Below, piece after piece: positions 1 through 19,900 of a stretch of DNA of 64,000 bases. The stretch comes from Pocillopora damicornis. Lineage: Eukaryota. The position numbers and the translations under genes were made by a program. The number at the start of each line of letters is the position of its first letter. The first letter of the stretch is position 1. The stretch is from assembly GCF_003704095.1 (NCBI RefSeq), contig NW_020844174.1:124001-188000 (forward strand), written 5' to 3'. The notes below the pieces were generated by a model that saw only the letters and a program-made list of their open reading frames with translations, did no database searches and had not been told where the DNA came from.

Positions 1-96
1 CTGAGAGAGACATCCATCAATAGAGCTCTCCCTCGATCTCTCACGAATTCACTTATTGCGGCTCATATCTTTACCCAGGAAATCAAAAACCATTCG

Positions 97-354
97 AGCG
101 CGTTTCGACTATGTGTCCTTGAACGAAACTAAAGTGATTTCATTAGCCAATCAAAAAAAAGAAAAAGAAAATGCTAGAAGGAGCCTGCGAGAATCCCAGG
201 AAAAACAAACAAACTGTTTGAACCGCGTTAAACTGGCGCGAGTGATTGAGTCGTGATGGTTTCAGTTTGCTTATTTTCTTAACAATTCAGTAGTGAAGTA
301 AGGCGAAACCAAAGCGAATTTCGGGTTCCTCTCTATACTTGATTAAACTTGCTC
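97..354. mobile_element. Degenerate copy of a common anthozoan non-autonomous DNA-transposon (MITE-like) repeat
   Basis: Motif order aaagtgatttcattagccaatca ... gcgcgagt ... gtgaagtaaggcgaaaccaaagc, with loosely inverted GAGC..GCTC ends. It resembles a coral repeat family recognised from memory only. Confidence 0.4.
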
Positions 355-752
355 ATGTACCTCATGTACAGAATATAAATCTCACACCAGTGTCTTGCTC
401 GTTACGATTGAATTAAGGGTTTTTTTTCCCCTGAACGTCATTGGTTTTTGTCCATAAGACAAAACTACTGTCATGGTTTCTATCAAACTTAAATCCTTCC
501 CCATGTTGCGAAATCGGCTCCAACGATTTTTGCATAGCTACCTTAAACTTGAGGCTTCCACGAGTAGTTGTCAAGTTACCTCTTTAGTATATTCATTACA
601 TAACACTCATATCGCCAAATTCTCGTTACTAATCAAAGAGGTAATGAATAGCTGTTAAAAGGAAAAGTTATCGATCATATTTTGAGAGTGTAAAGGTTAA
701 AACTAAGTGAAAGTTCTTGCTGCAATTTTGCAATACCTCTGGTCTTTTTCAG

Positions 753-8423
<7,671 letters not shown>

Positions 8424-9692
8424 AAACACACCTGAAGTTTAATACATTGAATTAAAGCCGAATCTCACGAAAAGAATTTGCAGTTATAATAACATTTTCT
8501 TTAACGAATGTAAAAGGCTAAAAGGTGATGCTTGTACATAAACAAAGACAATTGAAATATACGGCATATTGCATCTTTTTTCAAACAACAGCTTGCCTTT
8601 TTTGTTTCCTCAATTCAAAGAAGAAATGAACAGAGACCACCATACTCGTTTATTTGGAAATGACAATTTGTTTCGCCATTGTCTTAAGTTCTCGTCCAAA
8701 TCAAGCGGTGTAATTATGTGCAGTAGAGATTCACATCTTGTGATTATGTTTGTTTTTTTTAATAACCAATTGGATACCTAAGTTCTGCGTCTGCGCATTT
8801 GTAAACAGTAACGTGCCCTCGTATGCGCAAGGAGAAGCGAACCTCACAAGAAAGTATTCCCGAAAAAACCCGGTAAGTCGCTTTAGTAAAAAACCCTAGT
8901 AAATTTCTCAAGTAAAAGCTGGAAGTAACCTGGTTCTTCTAAGTAAATCCGAGAAATATGAAATTAGCGTCAGTTATTTCAATATTCATCCAGTCAAATC
9001 AAGTATAATTCTCTAAACTAGAATTTCGACTCCACCATCTGCGCGAACTCCAAACTCGAGAATGTACGCCGCCTTCATAACAAAGACAACACCTCACGCT
9101 ACACGTAAGTGACGGCAATAACCTCAAAGTGTTACTACTTCCGGCATTTCGCAAAAAAAAAAAATTGTACAACTATTTAGTGACCTAATGAACCCTACCA
9201 TTTTTAAACATGGGATTTTTTTGCTGGTACTTGATCTACGCTTTATTCCAATGTCTACTGTTCTTAGCACGTGCTTTGCTTCAATTTCTTGACAATTTGA
9301 ATTTTGTATTGAAATAAAAGCCCTGCAAGGGTCAATTAGCTAAGTTTTCAGTTCTGGCGACTTTAAAGTTCAGAGGACTAATTCGTATTTATCCTCTGTG
9401 ATGAAATCTTGACCACATAACAAAACGTTCAGAGTTCACCTTGAATCGAATCAACGAAACGACCCCTCCAGCAGTAATAATGAACTTGCGCATAACAGAC
9501 AAAGGCTTGTGTCAGGTACTTCTCAGACCTGCTCACTTACGACTGAGGTATTATGATATTCTCCGGAGTATCCATTTAATTGAGCAAAGTAGTAAGCCGA
9601 GCAGTTACGCAAGCCGTGGTATAGACTCTTTAAAATGTTGCATATGAAGTGCACACACGCACTGAAGATGTTTTAGTTACTAGCTCCTGTGT

Positions 9693-12600
9693 TCATGTTG
9701 CGTTAAGCCGGCTTTCGTCTCTCATCTCTTTCAACCTTGTCATAAGCTTCCTAGTGTTCTCCGAGCGTTCTTCCTCGTCCATTCTGTCCCAATCGTCGGT
9801 GTTAAGTTCCCTGCCGAACAACTCTCTTTCTGCTTCTTTGTACTGGTCACTGTTTGTCTGCAAAGCGTCTTTCGTGATTATATCAAGATTTGTCCGCTGT
9901 TCCTCTGAACCGTGGGCCACTGCAAATAAAAATCATACTTCTAACAAGACGATTCGTTTCAGACTTAATAACTGTCCAATTAGAGTTGACACCCGTGGGT
10001 ACGCTTAGGATTTCGGGAGTGCGCGGAGATCCCAAAGACGATAGGTTAAAGTCATTAATGCAAGAAGTTCCGTGGAAAAAATACTTGGCAGCAGACTAAG
10101 ATTGATTTCATACTGTTTCAGTAAAATTTTTTTCTAACCACAAACCGCAACGGGTTGAGTTACACCAGGATTTTTATTGGAATTATCTCTTACCTAAATC
10201 TAGGCTGTGAAGCGTCGCTCCTAGTAACGACCGAACCATGTCCTCGACCTGTTGACGCGATGCTCTCGAAAGACGAGGACTGGGGTTTACTGGAGTTGGC
10301 TCCTTCACTGAAGGTGCACCAGAGGAGCGTATAGCAGGGCTAGTGACTGGAGTAACTCGTTTTAGTCTCGCAAGTTCGACTTGCAACCGTGCAATCTCTT
10401 CATCCTTCTTCTTTTCCACAGATGATCGCTCTTGTCTTTCACGTTTGAGCTCTTTCTCGAGCGCTACGATTCCTTCCTTTTCACGTTTTTTCTGTGCTTG
10501 AAACTCTTGCCTCATCTCCTGTTCACGACGTCGCATCTCCTCCTTTTGTTCTTGCTTCTTCCTGGCTTCTTCTCGTCGATGTTCCATGAGTTGTCTCCGT
10601 CGTTCCTGTTCTCTTTCCTCGCGAGTCTGCCGCCGGTCTTCGACTCGCTGACGAGTGGGAGGCTGCCCCCGGAACCACCCAGACCAGGGGTGCGCAGACC
10701 TACCAACTGCTAAAAGTTAAGACACAGATGAGACCACAGATCTACGCCAAGCATATCTGCAGACAAATGCTGAAAATTACTTATTCTTAAAGCGCACATT
10801 ATGTGATATACATCTCTTTCTTAACAAGGTGGCCGTTTACGGTGCGCGGTAAAAAGTGGAGGGGAATCAGAGACTTACCGCAGCCCACAACCCTTTGGCG
10901 AGCACCTGTTCACAAAACTCCTTTTTTCTCTCTCTTTTTAGCACGGAAAGTGGCACAGGAAAAAACTATTACTGGAAACAGTTTAATATGCACCAATCCT
11001 ATTTTCTAGGGCGAAAAATAGACGCAACTTGAAAGATTACCATTGGCGCAACTCATTCAGCACCTTAGACGAGTGAAGTTTCAAAGTTTTACCACCTACT
11101 CGAATACTCGTTCATTTTCTCATAAATAATTCATAGCTCCTTCTTCCCAAGCTACGTATGAAGTTTGATCCCAAAATGAGAATCCTAGCTGAATTTAGGC
11201 ATTTTGAAATGAGAATTTGCTATTTTCTTCCTATGGAACTATCAGGTTATCAACTGTGGTGATTTGCCAAGATCAAGAGAGGACACAAGGTAAATTAATA
11301 GATCAATATGAGGTAAGGAGAATACAGGAATTGATCCCATACTTGCTACTGGATCCACAAGTGGTAAATCAGAACCATGAACCTCTTCTGTAACCAACCT
11401 CTGCCAATCAGCCATGAAATGATGATCAATCTACAAAAAGGCATGGTACATTGTAGGATAATGTGTTAACTTACAATTTTGGAAGGTAAAGGAATTTTGA
11501 TTCAGGTTTAAGGGAAATCATTGCACCTACCACTCTTTGAAAGTCTCTTATGGTGAGTTTTTTGCTCCCAGCGAGCAAAACTTCCTCAATCTCTTTGGTC
11601 TAATTAGGCAAAAAGAGTGAAAATCTCATAATCACCATTCTTGTATGCATTTAACCTTAAATAAAACTAGGACATATAAGGTATTTAAGTCTTACATTTC
11701 TGCACACTAAGATTTCATCTCTCAACAACAGCAGCATGACAGCAGAGAATGTCGCAATACAGTTGAAGGAAGGAAGTTTCATACTCAGAATGTACTGGTC
11801 CCAAATGTAGCAAACCACATCAAGGGAAAGAAACCCTGAAAAATACAAGTATAGCAGTGTGATTTTTCCAAGATATAAAAAAAACCGGTTTAAAATGTGA
11901 AGTCTTCTGAGTCTTGTAACCAATTATTTCCAGAGTTTATTGCTTTTTCAAGAGAAAGAGATAAGAAGGAGTATAGCTACTCCATCTGATGGGATATTAA
12001 TGTCCATCACACCTCACTCTTGGGTAGAAAGAAGCAATGTGAAAGTTAACCATTTAACCCTATGAGTGACTGACTTCTTATTTATCCTTACAGTATCATG
12101 CTTGAATCAAGTTTTAAGGTCACAAAAACAAAAGAAACGATGAGGAGAACAGTGTAGAATAGATGAATACTATTTTTAGTTTAATGGGTTAAGTGTCCTA
12201 TCCAATCAGTGTTACTTTTGGATGCCTACGATCAAGACTTAAACACATTGAGATCAGTTTTAGTCAAATCTTACCAACAAACATGCACCTTGCATACGAC
12301 CTCATGATTGCTGCCAGACTTTCTGCCAACTGAGTTGTCTGGTCTGTTCAAAAAGAATTACAGTGTGTTTACACATTATAAACAAGAATCAGTAAATTGA
12401 ACTTGTGTAGTCCACCTCACACAAAGCCTACATAATAGCAACACTAAAAGATGTTAGCCTCAAAAATAGTACCATCCTAGATAGTCATACAGGGTTGAAC
12501 TTCCTCTTGTATAATGAGGTACCAGTTGAGAACTCATAATTTGCTGAAAAATTAGGTGCATGACCAGGGGAATGCCACAAATTTTTCACACAGGCTGATA

Positions 12601-13692
12601 ATTGGGTATTCATCTCTATCAACTACTGCCTTACCATGTGAAAATATTCTCTGCAGAGTTAATGCAAGCTGCTGATCTTTGGAATTCAAGTAGTCAGCCA
12701 TTTTACTACCAAACTGTTTTTGTGCTAACAGGAATTCCTATGGAAAACAGAGGAAAAATGACTTTTTTACACTGAACAGAAATTTCAATGCCCATACGTA
12801 CAGATATCTCAGAGCAGTAAAGCTGCAAAGGAATTCTTGCATTCTTTAGCAGAAAAATAACCTTAGATTTGGAGTCCTTCATTAAAGATGGTCTTGAATC
12901 CAAGAAGGTAAAGTAAACTTCAACAAAGCTTGCAATTTCCTCAGCATTTATCAGTTGAACATGAGTGTCTGCAACCATTACTTTCACAAAAGGTATGGCC
13001 AACAAGAAGTCTGTGTCAACTATCGTTGATGTGCTACTAACTTTCACGTCCCGGTAGGATATTGAAGTTTTCATGATATTCAGCAAAGCTGGATAAGATT
13101 CAAGCCTAAAATGACTTGATTCTGAGGACAAGAAAGCTTTGCACTTTTGTCCAATGGCTGCATCGTGTCGTGAAACAGTGTCTTGTTTGTTTCTCGAAAG
13201 CTTTTCTAAATATTCTTTTCGAACGATCGGATTCGCTAGAAACCAATTCCATACTGCCCTTCGCAACTCTGTCGGTAAAGGACGATTCAAACAAGCAAAC
13301 AATTTGGTTTTAAGATCCGGCCACCTTTGCAACAAACTAATGGACGCTTTCGAGGATTCTTGAAGAAGAAGTTCTGCCTTTGTACGTGTATTCGATGCAT
13401 CGATAATCGTTTGGGTAACTTCTTCATTTAGATTTCGATCAAGAGTTTCCGAAACTGTTGCCATCAGCTTTTGATACGAAGAGCTGTCACGAACAAGCTT
13501 ACCAGCACGATCAAGAAACATGACTTTCTCTGAATCTGTGAGATCGGAAAAGTAAGACACGTGGTTTTCTGTAAGCTGATGTTGCACTGCATCGAAAAGC
13601 TCTGATGTTAAATCCTTCCACTCAACAGATCTTGTGATATCGTCTTTAGAGAGCAGTAACCATGCAGGTAGATTTGTTTTTGTGGATGCCAT
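9693..13692 (-). CDS. Uncharacterised TBC/Rab-GAP-like domain protein with C-terminal charged coiled coil (680 aa, 8 exons)
   Basis: Exons 13692-12862, 12737-12635, 12343-12275, 11835-11696, 11599-11531, 11430-11343, 10709-10194 and 9919-9693 are all GT-AG, close in phase and total 2043 nt. There is a TBC motif-A-like PLPTELRRAVW and a TBC C-lobe-like MFVGFLSLDVVCYIWDQY..LLLLRDEIL, followed by an E/R/K/Q-rich coil. The model merges four separate ORF-track entries. Confidence 0.85.
11966..12205 (+). mobile_element. SINE fragment interrupted by a TTAA-flanked MITE (MITE 12046-12192)
   Basis: SINE-like ggagtatagctactcc..gatgggat..tccatcac..tgggtagaaagaagcaatgtgaaag|TTAA, then the MITE ccatttaaccc...aatggg, then TTAA|gtgtcctatccaa resumes the SINE. 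An uninterrupted related fragment lies at 15420-15485. Confidence 0.6.
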
Positions 13693-13936
13693 GTTTAGTG
13701 AGCGGTTACCTGAGAAGCGCGCCTAATATTTAACTTGTCAGCGGATTCCAAAACTGGCGCCATTTTGAATTTTGTTTCTTTTTTTTCGGACATGTTAAAC
13801 ATTCCTTAGTAAGACAAGGAAAATGGTTCATTAGTAAGAACTAAATGGATCTTAGGAAAGAAATGGTGATGATTTATCCAAGGAGAAGCATATCATGGTC
13901 ACAAAAATGAAAAAAACTCTTTAGCTGTGTTTGAAG
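13693..13936. promoter_or_regulatory. Bidirectional promoter shared by the TBC-like gene and RAD9
   Basis: The two divergent ATGs (13692 on -, 13937 on +) are separated by only 244 bp. A YY1-type motif CGCCATTTTG lies at 13758-13767. Confidence 0.7.
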
Positions 13937-16900
13937 ATGCGTTGTGTTATTCCAGGCAGATCAGTGAAATGTGTGTTCACTTTTAGATCGAAGCTAAACT
14001 TATCTATGACTTTAAGATTTTGTTCGCTCTCTCAACACGTTTTTGTGTGTGTTTCAGTGTTTGCGAAGGCAATCCATTGTTTATCCAAGATTGGTAATGA
14101 GCTGTATCTGGAGGCTCTGTCAGAAGGGGTGAGTTTAAAAAATCATGTGATAGTTCGAAAGTTCTCAGATACAGTAATAATTGCAGGTACGTTGGCAAGA
14201 TTTTTTAAGAGGGGTGAGGGATCCCAGGAAACATCTCAACAGAAGCAAACAAGGAAGGTTTTTTCATTGTGTGCAGCGAAGGGGGGTAGTGGGAAATAAG
14301 CCCCTCAGGACCCACCCCCCTGGCATTGAGTCGCTGAGGAAAGTATAGCAAAGGAACAGTGAGAGTCAATAGGATTTACTTGGGTCCCCTCCCCCCTTCC
14401 ATTCGATAGGAAAAAATTGGTTACAATGATAAGACTAAAGATGGATAATTACTCTTTACTTACTCTCACTTCTCTTTATAACAGCTTGCGCTAAGGACAG
14501 TCAGCTCATCTCGCTCAGCATATGCTTGCTTTCTCTTCAATGAGAGCTTTTTTATTAGTTATGATGATGGATCAGATGAATCGGCAGGGGATTCAGAGGA
14601 AGAGGATTTATTAAGATGCAAGATTGCCATGAAGGTCAGAGGAATGTTTGGTTTACATGACTGTATTTATTACCACTGCTCAACAGTTTCAAGACCAAGT
14701 CTGACTCAGCATAGAATGCAGTAAATAACCTAATTTTGGGAACTGTTACAGGTGTGTAACATGCACTAGGTTCAAGAGGCATTTCTTTCAACAGACCTCT
14801 AGTATTTTACTGCTCAGAGAAAAAACAAAGCAGAACAGAAAACAAAAACAAATTGAAAGAAGACATTGTCCAAGTAGCACAAGTTGATTGTAATATTTCT
14901 TAAAGTAACTAATATTTGTTCAAGGACCAAAAGTTGATTGTAATATTCCTAGATGTAAACTCATGTCTTTGCGCAGAAGGTTCCAGAGAATAACACTTAG
15001 AGGGACAACACCTCTGCCTTCCCAGTGCTATAAAACCCAGTGTACTGTGTAGAGCCTTAAGTGACCTTTTTTTTGCATTTTTATTTACAGTCATGCCTGT
15101 CAGCTTTTAAATCCATGAACACAATTGAGAAAACAGTGGATCAGTGCAAAATAGATCTGAATGTCAGGGAGGCTAGGCTGGTTTTTCTGTTCTACTGCAG
15201 ACATGGTAAACTTAAGTAAACTTCACTCAGTCTTACTTACAATGTAAGTCTGTAGGAGGTCCACACAGAAAAAAAGTTGTCCAATGTCTATAGAATGAAG
15301 AAACTGTTTTAAAGAGTATTTAAATCACCTTGAATGAAATATTTGTACATCCTAGTTTGCTCTTCTTTAGCATTTTGTAAGGAATCCCAGACAGTTTGGT
15401 GAACACATTCTCTCTCCAAGGCAGAAGACATTCTGTTGGAGTAAAATATCTTGCCCAGGAACACAACACAATGATGGCTGCCAGGAAGGAAACATTGTAA
15501 AAGTTTTGGAGGTCATATTACCACAGTTGCAATTATTCCAACATAACAGGATTATTTATTTTTGGGTTTTGAACTTGTTTTTTTTTCCTTTTCAACAATT
15601 GGCCTAAAAATTGGACACAAAAAGTTGCCGCAGTTTTACAAATGTAAGTCTTAATTCAATCTTTAGGTACACTAATTGTCAACTCATATAAATTTTTTTT
15701 GTTTTTTTTATTTTTCTTTCTTTGAATTCTTACAGGCATTACAAAGACTTACAACTTGACATTTCTAGAGTGTGAAACCTTGCAAGCTGTGTTTGCAAAA
15801 GACTTGTGTCCAAATTTTATGACAACTCAAGCCAAGTAAGAAAAGTTTGAATGCCTTTTTTCATCAGTCTTCCAAATTGCCGTGGTGAAATCTGATGTTC
15901 AAAGCTCTTACAAGGCAGATTCTCAAGGGAAACTCATGATTAAGTATCCTCAGCTAGCCTTGGATTTTTACAAGAATTTGTAAATTTTACATGGTGTTTG
16001 TTTGCACTTTTATAAAAACCAGACTTTTTCTTGCAGAACATTTGTAGAGCTTTCTGTATCAGTGAGCCTTTAAGGAGAGTTCCAATTATAACATGATATT
16101 TCCTACTTTTCACAGAATTCTCAATGATGCAGTGGTTAACTTTCCAAACAACCAAGAAGAAATAACTCTTGTTGTCAGTCCTGAGACCTTAAAAGTCAAG
16201 AACTATGTGGATGATGAGCCTGGTAAGAAAAAAAAAAGCAAAAGTGACTGTTATTTGATAGTTAGAAAGTCACAGTGGCAAAAAAAATCAACTATTTATA
16301 GGTAGCTGAACAGATGGGTATCTCAAGAGCCTTGTCAGTGTGAGCAAACCTTATTTTGATCAGTTAAAAATACAGTGACTTCAATTTCATCCCCGACTGA
16401 ATAAGTAAGAAGTAACTGTAGGTTCTTGAGAGTCTTTGAAACTATATCTGATATTGCTTGGTAGTCTAAATGGTGTCAGAAAACAGTCAACTCCCATTAT
16501 TGCAGACACCCACAGGGGGAGATTTAGTGTCCCTTACAACAAGAGTCAGTAATTGCAGGATATGAGAGAAAAAAAGTATTGTTTTGTCTCTAAAAATATG
16601 AAATGACATGTAACTACCCAGACATTAAGTTTCTAATGTGGCCTCACAAACAGGAAAAAGGTCTGGCCACAAGCTGGAAATTCTCATGCTTGCATCCAAT
16701 TGAAGAATGGTTTCTTTATTTTCCTTTATTGTAATGTTGCTTTATATATATTATGTGAGTCAGGATTTTGGNNNNNNNNNNNNNNNNNNNNNNNNNNNNN
16801 NNNNNNNNNNNNNNNNNNNNNNNNNNNNNNNNNNNNNNNNNCATTGTGGTAGGGTGTATTAGTGAGCATCCATAATAATAGGAGTTTATTGCAATCATTT

Positions 16901-19900
16901 CTTTATGGGTTTTGCCAGGGGGCTGGCTATTTTCTACAATGGCAGGGCATCCATAACCATAATAGCAAGGTGTCTGCAGAACGAGAGTCCACTGTACATA
17001 TGCATGGAAACATGTATCCACTGTGAATCCTAGAATTTCACTCTAGCATGTGTTAAAAATATCAATTATTTCTTGGCTTCTATTTTGGAGGCTTACAATC
17101 ATTGTCACTATTGTGGTATAGTGCTAAATGTGTCCTCTTTTCTTATAGAACCAAATCGAGTCATTCACACAGAAATGATGCTAGCTCCAGAAGAGTTTGA
17201 TAACTATCAAATTGGAGTTGATACAGAGGTTACATTTTGTCTCAAGGAGCTAAGGGTAAGTATACAACTAACCATAAAAATTTAATGACAGAAGCTAAAA
17301 TTAATTTTGATTAGATTTATTTAGACAAGAATTAACACTGCTATCTTCACAATGAAAAAGGTGAAAAGTTCTCTGAGAATATGTAGTTGATCAAATCTGC
17401 TTATCATTGATGTCAATTTTCATAGCCAGCATTTTTACCTTTCTGTATTGCAGGCTATTTTAACATTTGCTGAGTTCTCAAGTCAACCAATAAATATGCA
17501 TTTTGAAACCAGTGGAAGGTTAGTATATCACCAAATATCTACACCTACTATAAAAGCAGATTATGAACAGTTGAGGGAGAAAGAAGAGTGCTACTTAAAA
17601 ATCAAACAGGAAAAATTATTAATTTGGGTCCAAGTGTATAACCCAGAAATCTGTTTTCCTGCATAAAATACAATAAAAATACAAAGAAGCAATAAGTTAC
17701 ACTTTTCACACCAGAGAGTCACTATTGCATTTTGTACTGAAAAACTTTTCACTAGATTGTATTCTTCCAACCCAAAAGGACTTCTTGCCTAACCCTCAAC
17801 TTTGAAAAGTCAGAGTATTCCCTGAGCTGCAGATTATAAGGAGTTATCATTGACATGAAATTTTCTTCAGACCCATAGTGTTCAGTATGGATGGAGACTC
17901 AACTTATGAAGCTGACTTTGTGCTGGCAACTTTAATTGATCACCAGTCTTCCACCCAGTCATCTCAAGCATCTGTCACAGCAGCACCCAGCACATCTGCT
18001 AAAAAAGTTCCAAAAGACAGGAATGTCAAATGGTGAGAAAGTTAAAATAAAATACATAGTCACTCATAAGATCTGACAAACCACTCATTCTGTGCAGGTT
18101 ATGTCAAGAATTGAGTAAGTTTAAACAAAATTTTAAGATTAAACATTTTCACTCTCATCTTTGAAGGCTAGCCTTGTTCAATAGTGATCAAAAAATTTAT
18201 TTGTAAAGGTTGAATTTTTTTTTTGGATTGTGCTGATTAGCTCTACAAAGACAGATCCAACAACAAACCCTGACCAAGTTAAACAGAAAGTGGGTGCCAG
18301 TTCACATATCAAGACTGCACAGAACTCCCAGACTAACAATCATTACAATGACACCGAACAAAATGACTCCATGTTTGATGAAGAAAATAATGATGGTGAT
18401 ATGGACATGACAGAGGTTGATAAAGTCTTGCTCAAAGAGAAAACTCCAGGGCCATCTCAAAATAGTGAAGGGAAAACTAATAATAAGAAAAGTCAGAGCA
18501 ATTCTGGGAATACTGCAGAGGAGACAAGCCAAAGGTACTTGATTGTCATACTGTGTGAATATTGTGTGTATTATGACTTTATCATATGACTGTATTTGTA
18601 AGTATGTGTGAAGAACCCTTGGTTCTCTTTAGTAGTAGACGAATGATGATTTTAATTTCAATAGTTGTGCCTCACAAATTCATTTTAAGCTGTAGATTTT
18701 CAGTGAATGATCTTAAAGTTTCTTAATTTTTCAATTTGTAATCACAGAGGTAAAGATGCCAATAAATCAGTTCTGGATGAATTCTTTAGTGACTCATTTC
18801 CTTATCAAGGTAAAAAAAAAACTCAGATAGTGATACATGTATTCACTCCTCTGTAATGGACACAGTTCTGCAAAATATATCATGCTGTCTACCAGGAAGG
18901 GATTGAACTGGCCATGGTGAATAGAGTTATCTACCTTTTGAAAAATTAAAATCATGAGCTACATATCTGTTGTAGTCTAAATAATTCCTGTTCAATTTCT
19001 GTATTGTCCAATTTTGTTCAAAACAAATTCAACCTATTAGTTGTTTGATTTGTGATTTCTTTTGTTTAAGGACTATGATAATGCACTTGGAATGGGGGAA
19101 AATATTACAACTAGCTTGAAGTCATTTTGAATTGAAATCCAATTTAAAAAGCAAAATATATATATTTCTATTTTTTAATTATCATAGACCAACCTAAGGA
19201 GCCATGTCAAGATATGATCATTTGTTCTTTCTGAGTTGCAGAAAATTTGCTCTGAACTGATATCAAATCCTTCAACTTGAAATAAACATTTGCCACAGCA
19301 GGCAAAGATGATGATGAGGTCAAGACCATGCTCTCAATGGTGTATTTATTTCAATCAAGTTTTCTTTTAAGTTTATTTTTATTTTTGTTGTAGATGTGTT
19401 TACAGCGAGGAAGAAAGATCTTTCAGTCATCCCTGAGGCTAGTCAGGAAAGTGCAAACACTTCTGTGTATCCTTTGAATGTTCTCACTCAAGCTTAGAAA
19501 TAACAAAAAGGTGTCTGTAATGTTTGTGTTCATTATGATGGTCATCAACCATTTTAGAAACTACTGTGAGACTTTCTATCCTTGCTTTCCTCAATAAAAC
19601 CCTCATGTGTGCTCTTCCTTAACTCATGTGTAGGCGTGGCAGTGCCCAACCCATACAAACACCGCCTAGTACGGTCACAGGTATGGCAAAAAGTGGTTAA
19701 TTTTTTATTATTTGAATAGAGCCTGTAATTGTCAATATTAAATAGCAATTTTAGGGTCCTTTTAGAGCCTATACCCAAATGCTTTTACAATTTATTAAAA
19801 GGATAAGCCTTCTATATACTCTCGGTTACCCTACTCAATATTTACCTACTTTGAAGCCACTGCAAGAAGGAATTAGTTGGGTTTTTTGGCAAACTTACCA

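Noticed and set aside
10183-10587. Stand-alone coiled-coil or retroelement gag-like ORF (also 9693-9920)
   Set aside because: Both splice in phase as exons 7 and 8 of the TBC-like gene.
13931-14299. The ORF-track 122-aa protein as a real product
   Set aside because: It reads through RAD9 intron 1 (87 nt, in frame) and into intron 2. The spliced model matches RAD9 far better.
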